Source: Bacillota bacterium (GTDB lineage: Bacteria > Bacillota > SHA-98 > UBA4971). Taken from it: 64,000 nucleotides of DNA. Each line of letters begins with the position of its first letter. The first letter of the stretch is position 1. A program made the position numbers and the translations under genes. Shown here piece by piece: positions 54,518 through 63,555 of this stretch. Location of the stretch: contig JAAYRV010000004.1 of NCBI GenBank assembly GCA_012518595.1, positions 52,304 through 116,303 on the forward strand. The letters are read 5' to 3'. Under the pieces are notes generated by a model. That model was not told the origin of the DNA and did no database searches. It saw nothing but the letters and a program-made list of their open reading frames with translations.

Positions 54518-56215
54518 GTGCAATACGTGAGTAAGAATAAGAACAAGAAAAACAAAAAGAATAAGCTGTCTATTATCCCCTTAGGCGGGGTTGGTGAGAT
54601 CGGCAAGAACATGACGCTAATTGAATATGATGGGCAGATCTTGATAATTGACGCGGGCCTGGCTTTTCCCGAAGAAGAAATGTTGGGTATTGACTTTGTT
54701 ATACCTGATATCACATATCTTAAGGAAAACAAAAACAAGATTTGCGGCCTTGTCTTGACCCACGGACACGAAGATCATATAGGCGCTCTCCCTTACGTCT
54801 TAAAAGAAATAGACTCTGTGATCTACGGAACGAGACTGACTCTTGGTCTCGTTGAAGGGAGACTCAGGGAACATCGGTTGCTGTCTGAAGCTTCTCTACG
54901 TTGCGTCAAAGCAGGCGACAAAGTTGATATAGGTCCCTTTACCATTGAGTTTATCCGTGTAAGCCACAGCATCGCTGACGTCGTTGCTCTTGCAATATCG
55001 ACGCCTGTCGGTATTATTGTGCATACAGCAGACTTCAAGTTCGATCAAACCCCTGTTTTTGCTGAAATGCCTGATTTCGGCAAATTTGCGGAGATTGGTC
55101 AAAGGGGGGTCTTGTGTCTCTTATCCGACTCAACGAATGCGGAGCGCCCCGGGTATACCATGTCCGAAAGAGATGTAGGAGAGGCTTTCGAAGAGCAATT
55201 CAGCAGGGCCAGACAGCGAATCATAGTAGCTACGTTCGCGTCGAACATCTACAGAATCCAACAGGTAATCGACGCATCACAGAAATTCGGCAGAAGAATT
55301 GCAGTAATTGGACGAAGCTTGGAGAATACGGTAGAAATCGCATCCACCCTTGGGTATTTAGAGATACCTGACGGAATGCTGGTACCCACTGAAGAAGTAG
55401 ATAAGATACGTGCTGACAAGCTGACCATTATTACCACAGGCACCCAAGGAGAGCCTATGTCTGCCTTGACTCGCATGGCAATGGCCACCCACAAGAAGGT
55501 CGGTATTCGTCCCGGAGACACCATTATCATATCGGCGTCGCCGATACCCGGTAATGAGAAGTCCATCGGGAGGACTATCAACCATCTTTTCAGACAAGGC
55601 GCTGATGTAGTTTATGATAAGTTCTCTTGTGTGCATGCTTCAGGACATGCAAGTCAAGAAGAGCTCAAACTCATGATTAACCTGACATGCCCCAAGTACT
55701 TTGTCCCTGTACATGGCGAGTACAGGCACCTTGTGAAGCATGCACAACTGGCAGAGCAAGTCGGAATACCGGAGGAGAACACGTTCATTCTGGAAAATGG
55801 CGATGTCCTTGAGTTAGAACCTTCCGGCCGTGCAGTTCGTGGCGGCAAGATAGAAGCGGGACAAGTCCTTGTAGACGGTCTTGGAGTGGGGGATGTAGGC
55901 AATATAGTCCTCCGCGACAGGAAAGTACTGGCTCAAGACGGCATAATGGTGGTTGTTGTTACCATAGACAAGCAAATCGGTAACGTCGTTGCAGGGCCGG
56001 ATATCGTCTCCAGAGGATTTGTCTATGTCAGAGAATCGGAGGAGCTTATCAAGGAGGCTGAAGCAGAAGTCGGCGAAGTCATATCTCAGTGCATCGCTGA
56101 CGGAGTCACTGAATGGCACCCAATCAAGAACAAAATCAGAGAGTCCCTTGCTACGTTTATCTACCAGAAAATAAGGAGAAGGCCTATGATACTGCCTATA
56201 GTAATGGAAGTGTAA
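54518..56215 (+). CDS. rnj: Ribonuclease J, with a Lys/Asn-rich N-terminal extension
   Basis: 'IIPLGGVGEIGKNMT', 'HGHEDHIG', and beta-CASP and C-terminal domains. N-terminus 'VSKNKNKKNKKNK'. The start is GTG 54518 or GTG 54527. Confidence 0.9.
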   Translation: MQYVSKNKNKKNKKNKLSIIPLGGVGEIGKNMTLIEYDGQILIIDAGLAFPEEEMLGIDFVIPDITYLKENKNKICGLVLTHGHEDHIGALPYVLKEIDSVIYGTRLTLGLVEGRLREHRLLSEASLRCVKAGDKVDIGPFTIEFIRVSHSIADVVALAISTPVGIIVHTADFKFDQTPVFAEMPDFGKFAEIGQRGVLCLLSDSTNAERPGYTMSERDVGEAFEEQFSRARQRIIVATFASNIYRIQQVIDASQKFGRRIAVIGRSLENTVEIASTLGYLEIPDGMLVPTEEVDKIRADKLTIITTGTQGEPMSALTRMAMATHKKVGIRPGDTIIISASPIPGNEKSIGRTINHLFRQGADVVYDKFSCVHASGHASQEELKLMINLTCPKYFVPVHGEYRHLVKHAQLAEQVGIPEENTFILENGDVLELEPSGRAVRGGKIEAGQVLVDGLGVGDVGNIVLRDRKVLAQDGIMVVVVTIDKQIGNVVAGPDIVSRGFVYVRESEELIKEAEAEVGEVISQCIADGVTEWHPIKNKIRESLATFIYQKIRRRPMILPIVMEV

Positions 56216-56323
56216 ACAGGCATCTCTATATCTCGTCTCAAACCCATATTTTCCGTGTGCATGTATGTTATTATGGGTATAGACGGCACGATACTTGTTT
56301 CCCGTGAGGAGGTGCGGTAACCG

Positions 56324-57085
56324 GTGAAAGCTGGGGACGCTTGTCTACTGAAACTCGAAGGAGTCTCAAAGACCTACAGGGGAAGCTCGAACAAGGCAGT
56401 GGATAATCTGAGCCTCGAAGTTGCGCCCGGAGAGATCTTCGGGTTTCTCGGGCCTAACGGCGCAGGCAAAACTACCACTATTAAGATGATAGTCGGGCTC
56501 CTCATGCCGGACAACGGGCGAATTATCGTAGACAGCCACGATATAGTCAAAGACCCGGTGTCAGCCAAGAGGAGCATCGGCTTTGTACCTGATGACCCGA
56601 ATCTCTACAACAGGCTGACAGGGCTTGAATATCTGAATCTGGTAGCAGATGTCTATGGCGTGTCTGCTGCTGACAGGGCAAAACGCATAAGAGACCTGCT
56701 CTCAATGTTCGATTTAGCCTCTGAGGTAAATGACATAATACAAAGCTACTCCCATGGCATGAAGCAGAAACTGGCGCTGACAGGAGCATTGCTCCATAAT
56801 CCTCCTTTGTTCATACTTGATGAGCCCATGGTAGGCCTTGATCCCAGGTCTTCGCGGCTTTTCAAGGATCTCATGCGCAACCACTGTGACCAAGGGTATG
56901 CAGTGTTTTTTTCCACCCACATCCTTGAAGTTGCGGAACGTCTCTGTGACAGAGTAGGCATTATTGACAAGGGAAGGCTTATTGCGTGCGGCTCCATGGA
57001 TGAGCTTCGTAAGCTCAGTTCGGAAACTGACGAAAGCCTGGAGGACATATTCCTCGAATTGACCCTCCCTGAGCAGGTGGATTAA
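56324..57085 (+). CDS. ABC transporter ATP-binding protein
   Basis: Walker A 'GPNGAGKTT', signature 'YSHGMKQKLAL', and Walker B 'LFILDEP'. Confidence 0.85.
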   Translation: MKAGDACLLKLEGVSKTYRGSSNKAVDNLSLEVAPGEIFGFLGPNGAGKTTTIKMIVGLLMPDNGRIIVDSHDIVKDPVSAKRSIGFVPDDPNLYNRLTGLEYLNLVADVYGVSAADRAKRIRDLLSMFDLASEVNDIIQSYSHGMKQKLALTGALLHNPPLFILDEPMVGLDPRSSRLFKDLMRNHCDQGYAVFFSTHILEVAERLCDRVGIIDKGRLIACGSMDELRKLSSETDESLEDIFLELTLPEQVD

Positions 57086-57086
57086 C

Positions 57087-58787
57087 ATGAAGCACCGCCT
57101 CATATCCTTGATATGGGTACAGCTTAATATGAACTTCGCCATATCCCATTCCAGGTATTACTATCTCGAGAAGCGCCAAAGGTTGTGGGAAGGCGTGCTC
57201 ATTGTCGTGTCTGTCATAATGACTGCTGCCGTCTTGGCCTTTGGCGTCTACAAACTGGCCGACGCTTTTTACTCCCAAGCGTCTCTCCTACATCAAGAAG
57301 CGCTTACTTTGACTACCGGAATTCTGGCTGCTCAATTCCTCATGTTGATTCTAGGTATCGCCTTGGTCATAGCAGTCTTTTATTTCTCAGATGACCTTCC
57401 TTGTTTGATTCCTTTACCTCTCCGGCCCTGGGAAGTCCTAGCCTCCAAGTTCGCTGTCATTCTGAGCAATGAATACCTGGGACTTTTGGTGTTCATCGTT
57501 CCTATCTTCGTAGCATATGGAAGGAGAGCGAACGTTGGGATTATCAGCTATACACTTTCCGCAATTACCATATTTCTAACACTTCCCGTAATCCCCATTG
57601 CCATTGCCTCGATACTTGCTGTTATTCTAATGAGAATCGTAGGCTTTACAAAGCGTAAGGATATGCTGACTATCATCGGGGGTTTCCTCCTTGTAGCCCT
57701 GATAATAGGTGTTCAGTTCTATGTCCAAACGAGGTTGCCCGCCCGCGGCGAGGAACAAGAGTTTATGATGCAGTTGCTTTCTCAGGCAAACAGCCTGGTC
57801 GCCATTTTGGGACGGCAATTTCCTCCCAGCATCTGGGCTACTTGGGCTATTTCCGAGGCAGGGACCTCCAGAGGCTTATTGAGTCTTGGCCTCTTCCTCG
57901 GTGTAAGCGCTCTTGCCTTCGGCCTGTTTCTGGCTTTAGGAAATCGATTTTTCTACCAAGGGGTCCTATCAGGGTTTGAGGCTCCAACAGCAAGGCGACG
58001 CACCTTTCGAGGAAAGCCGGAGCGTATTCGATTCTCCGAGAGAACTCCTTTACTGTCTTTGGCAGTTGCAGAAATGAAGCTGTTTTCGAGGACTCCTGTA
58101 TTTGTCCTCAACGGATTCATCGGCTTCCTAATGTTTCCCATAATGTTCGTGGTATTATTGCTCTTAGGCAATGATCCGGAGATCTCGGGATTATGGAGCT
58201 CTCTTGTGAATGTGCCTGAATTTCATAGCATAGGAACACTTCTTGTAGGGGCATATTTCTTCCTACTTACTGCGTTCTCAGGAATTCCATTTTCACCCTT
58301 TTCAAGGGAGGGCAAGGCGAACATATGGTTTCTCAGATCGCAACCCATTTCAGGGCAAGCTGCAGCTATGGGAAAGGCTTTGGCATCTGAGATCATGATC
58401 GTAGTCGGGGCAATTCCCGGGTTAGCAGTCCTACAGTACACTGCAAGGCTGCCGGTGGTAAGCCTAATCATAGGAGTAAGCCTTGGCATAGCTGCTTCCT
58501 ATGCCTTATGTATCTGGGGTGTTCTATTGGACATGGCACGACCGATGCTTGATTGGACGGATCAGCAAAAAGCAATTAAGTCCAACCTCAACACGGTTAT
58601 TGGTATCACAACCGGCATAGTAGTCTTATTCCTTATGGGGTACCTGGTTAACCTCTTGTTCAAGAGGGGATGTTCAGGCCTTGTCGCACAAGTCGTATCA
58701 GGCACTGTCATCGCTGTCGTTCTTGGATCCGGGCTGAGAGTTCTTCAACTCTTTGGAGACAGACTTTGGAGCTCAATAGAACTATGA
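57087..58787 (+). CDS. Large polytopic permease of the 'putative ABC exporter' type (about 12 TM helices)
   Basis: 566 aa and highly hydrophobic. The start overlaps the ATPase stop (ATGA...). I could not confirm Pfam membership without a search. Confidence 0.6.
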   Translation: MKHRLISLIWVQLNMNFAISHSRYYYLEKRQRLWEGVLIVVSVIMTAAVLAFGVYKLADAFYSQASLLHQEALTLTTGILAAQFLMLILGIALVIAVFYFSDDLPCLIPLPLRPWEVLASKFAVILSNEYLGLLVFIVPIFVAYGRRANVGIISYTLSAITIFLTLPVIPIAIASILAVILMRIVGFTKRKDMLTIIGGFLLVALIIGVQFYVQTRLPARGEEQEFMMQLLSQANSLVAILGRQFPPSIWATWAISEAGTSRGLLSLGLFLGVSALAFGLFLALGNRFFYQGVLSGFEAPTARRRTFRGKPERIRFSERTPLLSLAVAEMKLFSRTPVFVLNGFIGFLMFPIMFVVLLLLGNDPEISGLWSSLVNVPEFHSIGTLLVGAYFFLLTAFSGIPFSPFSREGKANIWFLRSQPISGQAAAMGKALASEIMIVVGAIPGLAVLQYTARLPVVSLIIGVSLGIAASYALCIWGVLLDMARPMLDWTDQQKAIKSNLNTVIGITTGIVVLFLMGYLVNLLFKRGCSGLVAQVVSGTVIAVVLGSGLRVLQLFGDRLWSSIEL

Positions 58788-58870
58788 ATCATTTGCCGCT
58801 TCTGTCAGCATAATAGTTAGCAGCACAAGATTTATCCACACTTGACGCAGACGTAGCGGAGGCGAATGAT

Positions 58871-59707
58871 ATGTTCTACCGGTCCGTCCGGAACAGGCTG
58901 GAGCTTGGCACGCCCGGAATTGAGGCTCCAAACGAAAGGCAAATCAGACTGAGAATGGAGGCCGAGCCTTCGCCGGAACCGCAGGAACAGAAGGCTATGA
59001 CCCAGGCAATAACCTCGTTCGGAGAAACCCGCACACCGCCTCAGCCTGTCAGCAATGTCCATGTAATGAGCATAATCGGACAGATCGAAGGCCATATTAT
59101 TCTGCCCCCTCAAAACAAGACCACCAAATACGAGCATGTCATCCCGCAACTCGTGGCTGTAGAGCAGAGCCCGTCTGTAGAAGGTCTTCTTGTAGTGTTG
59201 AACACAGTGGGAGGAGATGTAGAGGCCGGATTGGCTATTGCCGAGATGATTGATACCATGTCAAAACCTTCTGTGTCGTTAATCCTAGGAGGCGGCCACT
59301 CAATCGCCTTACCGATCGCAGTCAGTTGCAAGTACAGGTTCATTGCTTCCACTGCCACTGTAACCATCCATCCGCTTAGACTCTCAGGACTTGTTATCGG
59401 TGTTCCGCAGACATACGAGTATCTTGAGAAGATGCAAGACAGAGTCATCAAGTTTGTGTCGGAACATTCAACCATCACTGAAGACAAGCTTCGTGAACTG
59501 ATGTTTCGCACAGGAGAATTGGTGCGCGACGTAGGCACTGTATTGGTAGGTGTAGACGCAGTAAAACTTGGTCTGATTGACGAAGTAGGCGGCCTCAGCC
59601 ATGCACTCAGAATCCTTGAGAAACTGATACAAGAAAAGCACGCCAAACCGGAAGCGGACAATTCTCTCCCTGAAACCGCAATTGACGAAGGCGAGGTTCC
59701 GGAATGA
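58871..59707 (+). CDS. tepA: TepA-like ClpP-family protein (translocation-enhancing protein) with an N-terminal extension of about 60 aa
   Basis: Long colinear match to B. subtilis TepA: '[38 protein letters not shown]...[19 protein letters not shown]...[28 protein letters not shown]'. Confidence 0.75.
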   Translation: MFYRSVRNRLELGTPGIEAPNERQIRLRMEAEPSPEPQEQKAMTQAITSFGETRTPPQPVSNVHVMSIIGQIEGHIILPPQNKTTKYEHVIPQLVAVEQSPSVEGLLVVLNTVGGDVEAGLAIAEMIDTMSKPSVSLILGGGHSIALPIAVSCKYRFIASTATVTIHPLRLSGLVIGVPQTYEYLEKMQDRVIKFVSEHSTITEDKLRELMFRTGELVRDVGTVLVGVDAVKLGLIDEVGGLSHALRILEKLIQEKHAKPEADNSLPETAIDEGEVPE

Positions 59708-59943
59708 TTCTCTATACAGTTCTTCCCATTGAAGCAGTCTTGGAAGGCCTGGAACACGAAAGAAGCTTTATTGATCTTCAATTGGAAGGCTTAACGATAA
59801 CAGTTGAACCCATCTCCATGGAAGAAGCGGTAATCGTCAGGGTAATAAGCACGGATCCAAGTCATTACCTCAACCCTCAGCTTTCTCCCGGCACAAAGAT
59901 TCGCCTGTTTCAGGTTTCCTCTTTCATCACTACTATGCTATAA
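59704..59943 (+). CDS. YlzJ-like small sporulation-associated protein
   Basis: 79 aa beginning '[12 protein letters not shown]'. Overlaps the tepA stop. Same position as ylzJ in Bacillus. Confidence 0.55.
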   Translation: MILYTVLPIEAVLEGLEHERSFIDLQLEGLTITVEPISMEEAVIVRVISTDPSHYLNPQLSPGTKIRLFQVSSFITTML

Positions 59944-60043
59944 TATGCATGGTATTTTCAGCATATATTGACAGCGAAGCTCTGCTTAACTGATGAGCTG
60001 ACTGTATTACTCAGAGGTTTGTCAGGACAAGGAGTTATGCAAG

Positions 60044-60976
60044 ATGCCGGCTTCGCTCTGTCGCCTGTTAGCTGGAATACTGCTTTTTTTTGCCGGCATT
60101 GCCTTTCTTAGAAAAGGACTCAGGCAGAAAACAGGAGCCCGGGTGGAGGAAGCTCTCAGAAAGCTTACACCGCAGCCTGTGAACGGCATTATAGTAGGCA
60201 CTCTGGTGACTTGTGCAATGCAGAGCTCCAGTGCTGTAACGGTGATAGTCGTAGGTCTTGTGGACTCGGGAGTAATCGATGTTTACCAAGGGTTCTATAT
60301 AATAATGGGCGCCAACTTAGGAACATGCTTAACAGCATATATTGTTGCGTTCCAGACGCGGATTCTTGGACCCCTGGCGCTCGTTATGAGCGTTTTCTTT
60401 TATTGCAAAAGGAAACAGCGCTCCGGAAGAGATGCGGCTTTAGTGTTTCTTGGCCTGGGATGTATCCTGGAAGGAGTGGAAATCACAGGTTCTGCATTGG
60501 CATGGCTTGCCGAAATACCGGACATCCTCCATATCCTGGTTGTATTTGGACAGGTCCCGTTTTTTGGCGTCCTGGCAGGCACGGTATTTACCGGCATCAT
60601 CCAGAGTTCAAGTGTTGTTACTGCAATACTTGTTGGACTTGTACGGGAAGGTTTGGTAAACTTGAGATCGGCCATATCTTTGGCGTTAGGAAGCAATATC
60701 GGCACATGCATGACTACGCTTATCGCCGGTTTAGGGGCATCGTCAGCCGGCAGATTCACGGCCTTGCTTCACCTGGTGTTCAACCTGGTAGGAGTAGTTG
60801 CGGTTCTTCCGGTCTTCAGGAGTTTCGTCATGATAATTGAAACCATATCACCGGCAGATCCGGGATATAGGCTTGCAAATGCGCACACCCTGTTTAACTT
60901 AATGTCCATCATAGTAATATATCCATGGTGCAGACAGTTTGTGGATCTGGTGAAAGGAAGACGTGAATGGATATAG
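60044..60976 (+). CDS. Na/Pi-cotransporter family protein, short form without a PhoU domain
   Basis: Two internal repeats with 'QSSSAVTVIVVGL' and 'QSSSVVTAILVGL' and 'GxNIGTC' motifs. Confidence 0.75.
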   Translation: MPASLCRLLAGILLFFAGIAFLRKGLRQKTGARVEEALRKLTPQPVNGIIVGTLVTCAMQSSSAVTVIVVGLVDSGVIDVYQGFYIIMGANLGTCLTAYIVAFQTRILGPLALVMSVFFYCKRKQRSGRDAALVFLGLGCILEGVEITGSALAWLAEIPDILHILVVFGQVPFFGVLAGTVFTGIIQSSSVVTAILVGLVREGLVNLRSAISLALGSNIGTCMTTLIAGLGASSAGRFTALLHLVFNLVGVVAVLPVFRSFVMIIETISPADPGYRLANAHTLFNLMSIIVIYPWCRQFVDLVKGRREWI

Positions 60977-61800
60977 CAAGTGCAGTCATACTGGCAATAG
61001 TTCAAGGTCTAACAGAATTTCTTCCTGTATCAAGCTCGGGGCATCTTGTTATCGCAAGGCAACTCCTTCACATGGATGAGGCGTTACTTACATTTGACAT
61101 TCTTGTACATCTGGGTACTCTGATATCCGTGGTTCTGGTTTTCTGGAATGATGTAAAGGCTCTAATAGGTGCGGCAGTCGGTATTATCGTCGATATTCTC
61201 CGTGGCTGCGGCATAAAGGCTGCCATCTTAAAAGATGATTATCGAAGGCTGGCGTTATTCATTATCATTGCAAGCGTACCTGCAGCAATCATGGGAATGG
61301 CGCTTAAATCCATTGTTTACACGCTTTTTTCGTCTACCTTGGCTGTGGGGATTTTTCTTCTGGCAACAGGAACTGTACTCTGGCTCGGCGAGCTCTTTTC
61401 AAGGAGCCGCGTCAGATTACCTGACCTTACCTTGGGCAAGGCTCTATGCATAGGTGTAGCTCAGGGATTTGCCATAGCCCCGGGGTTTTCGCGTTCAGGC
61501 GCCACGATTTCCGCCGGGCTTCTTATGGGACTTTCTAAGGAAGACGCAGCTCGCTTTTCTTTCCTTTTGTCTATACCTGTGATTCTCGGCGCGGGAATCC
61601 TGGAACTGAGAGACATAAGTATGTTACAGCTTGCCGCAGGCTCACGAATCCCTGTCATTCTAGGATTCATTACCAGCATCGTTTCGGGCTACGTAGCAAT
61701 ACACCTTGTGCTGGCCGCTGTCAGACAGCACAAACTTACAGTGTTCGCAATTTACACGTGGATTCTGGGGATATCAGTAATCATCTGGTCAATCTTATGA
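60967..61800 (+). CDS. uppP: Undecaprenyl-diphosphatase
   Basis: 'LTEFLPVSSSGHL' and the 'GFSRSGATISAGLL' motif. Confidence 0.85.
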   Translation: MDIASAVILAIVQGLTEFLPVSSSGHLVIARQLLHMDEALLTFDILVHLGTLISVVLVFWNDVKALIGAAVGIIVDILRGCGIKAAILKDDYRRLALFIIIASVPAAIMGMALKSIVYTLFSSTLAVGIFLLATGTVLWLGELFSRSRVRLPDLTLGKALCIGVAQGFAIAPGFSRSGATISAGLLMGLSKEDAARFSFLLSIPVILGAGILELRDISMLQLAAGSRIPVILGFITSIVSGYVAIHLVLAAVRQHKLTVFAIYTWILGISVIIWSIL

Positions 61801-61837
61801 TCTAAAAATATCAGTATTACACCATGGGTGAGGAGGC

Positions 61838-63475
61838 ATGCTCGTGACAATAACTCCCATAGCCGGACTGATAGGTGGACTTGGTCTGTTCCTCTATGGA
61901 ATGGTTCAGATGGGCAATGGGTTACAGAAGGCTGCCGGAGATAAACTCAGAGGCATTCTTAAAGTGCTCACCAGCAAAACATGGATGGGTGTTCTGGTAG
62001 GCGCTTTAGTTACGGCAATTATCCAAAGCTCGGCTGCCACTACAGTTATGTTAGTTGGTTTTGTAAATGCCGGCCTAATGACCCTGACACAAGCTATTGG
62101 CGTAATTATGGGCGCGAACATAGGGACAACCATGACTGCCCAGCTGATAGCCTTTAAATTATCAGATTTCGCACTTCCTGCTATAGGCGTGGGAGCTGTC
62201 ATTTTCCTATTCAGCAAGAGGAGAGCCTACAAGTACTTCGGCCAGGTTATTCTGGGATTTGGTATTCTCTTTCTTGGGATGATGGTCATGACAGAAGCAA
62301 TGAAACCGCTTAGCGCTAATCCGTCATTAGTTAATTTCGTGGCAGTATTAGGAAAACGGCCTTTCCTTGGAGTGCTGGCAGGCATTATTATGACGGTTGT
62401 GATTCAGAGTTCAAGCGCGACTATTGGAGTTTTGATGGCTGCTGCATCCCAAGGCCTGATTACCTTTGAGGCAGCATTGCCCATTCTCTTCGGAGATAAC
62501 ATAGGAACTTGTGTCACTGCGATCCTTGCCAGTATAGGAGCAAGCCTCTCTGCAAAACGAACTGCTCTTGTCCACGTCCTTTTCAATGTATTCGGCGCAG
62601 TTTTAGGCCTTGCTTTCTTACCCTTGTTCAGCAGGATCGTAGTATGGCTAACGCCGTTCGGCGGCGTGTCGCGTTTGATAGCCAATGCTCATACTTCGTT
62701 CAACGTTCTCAATACTCTGGTATGGTTACCTATGGCAGGTTTGCTCTCCAAGATCGCAGTGACTCTCTATCCGGGCGAAGAACAGATAATTGAACACGGC
62801 CCGAAGTACATTGACAAGAGAATGCTAAGGACACCTTCTGCAGCTCTTCAGCTTTCCATAAAAGAACTCGTGCGGATGGCAAGAATCGCCCAAGGAATGG
62901 TTGATGATTCAGGCAAAGCCCTCGTATCCGATGATCCTGAGAACATGCTAAAGACTGTGCGGAGTCATGAGGAAATTGTCGATAACTTGCAGAGCGAGAT
63001 CATCTTCTACCTTTCGACTCTTATGGCGCAAGGATCTTTGACGCACCATCAGTCAACCCAGGTGGCCGCGATGTTGCATGTTGTTAACGATATTGAACGT
63101 GTCGGCGACCATGCCATGAACATAGGAAATTTCGCGTCTTATAGGGCGGAGCAACGCATTGATTTCTCGGATGAAGCCAAGTCTGAACTCATGGATCTCT
63201 TCAGGCGCGTAGATGAAATCATATCTGATGCAGTGAATGCTTTGGAAGCAAATGACGCTGCCCTGGCTCAAGATGTTTGGGAAAAGGAGAAGGTTATAGA
63301 CAGCATTGAGGCTAAACTCCGCGAGAATCACTTTAAGCGTCTTAACGAAGGCACTTGCTCACCTGCTTCTGCCGTTATTTATATAGAAGTGTTGGACAAC
63401 CTGGAGCGTCTGGCTGATCATGCCGTCAACCTTGCTGACGCAGTCGTTCAAAACACTGTCTCCCTGAAAGAATGA
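61838..63475 (+). CDS. Na/Pi-cotransporter family protein with C-terminal PhoU-like domains
   Basis: NptA repeats 'QSSAATTVMLVG' and 'QSSSATIGVLMAA', plus a C-terminal PhoU pair ('VNDIERVGDHA' and 'LDNLERLADHA'). The start may be GTG 61844. Confidence 0.8.
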   Translation: MLVTITPIAGLIGGLGLFLYGMVQMGNGLQKAAGDKLRGILKVLTSKTWMGVLVGALVTAIIQSSAATTVMLVGFVNAGLMTLTQAIGVIMGANIGTTMTAQLIAFKLSDFALPAIGVGAVIFLFSKRRAYKYFGQVILGFGILFLGMMVMTEAMKPLSANPSLVNFVAVLGKRPFLGVLAGIIMTVVIQSSSATIGVLMAAASQGLITFEAALPILFGDNIGTCVTAILASIGASLSAKRTALVHVLFNVFGAVLGLAFLPLFSRIVVWLTPFGGVSRLIANAHTSFNVLNTLVWLPMAGLLSKIAVTLYPGEEQIIEHGPKYIDKRMLRTPSAALQLSIKELVRMARIAQGMVDDSGKALVSDDPENMLKTVRSHEEIVDNLQSEIIFYLSTLMAQGSLTHHQSTQVAAMLHVVNDIERVGDHAMNIGNFASYRAEQRIDFSDEAKSELMDLFRRVDEIISDAVNALEANDAALAQDVWEKEKVIDSIEAKLRENHFKRLNEGTCSPASAVIYIEVLDNLERLADHAVNLADAVVQNTVSLKE

Positions 63476-63555
63476 CCTTCCTTCATAGCAGCAAGATGAA
63501 GGATTTTGCGTGGAATACGTAGAACCCGCTATATATGAGGTAAGGGAGGATGCCC

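Noticed and set aside
60211-60840. 209-aa alternative-frame ORF inside the first Na/Pi-cotransporter gene
   Set aside because: Cys/Arg/Gly-rich and non-membrane. It overlaps a well-supported transporter frame and is spurious.
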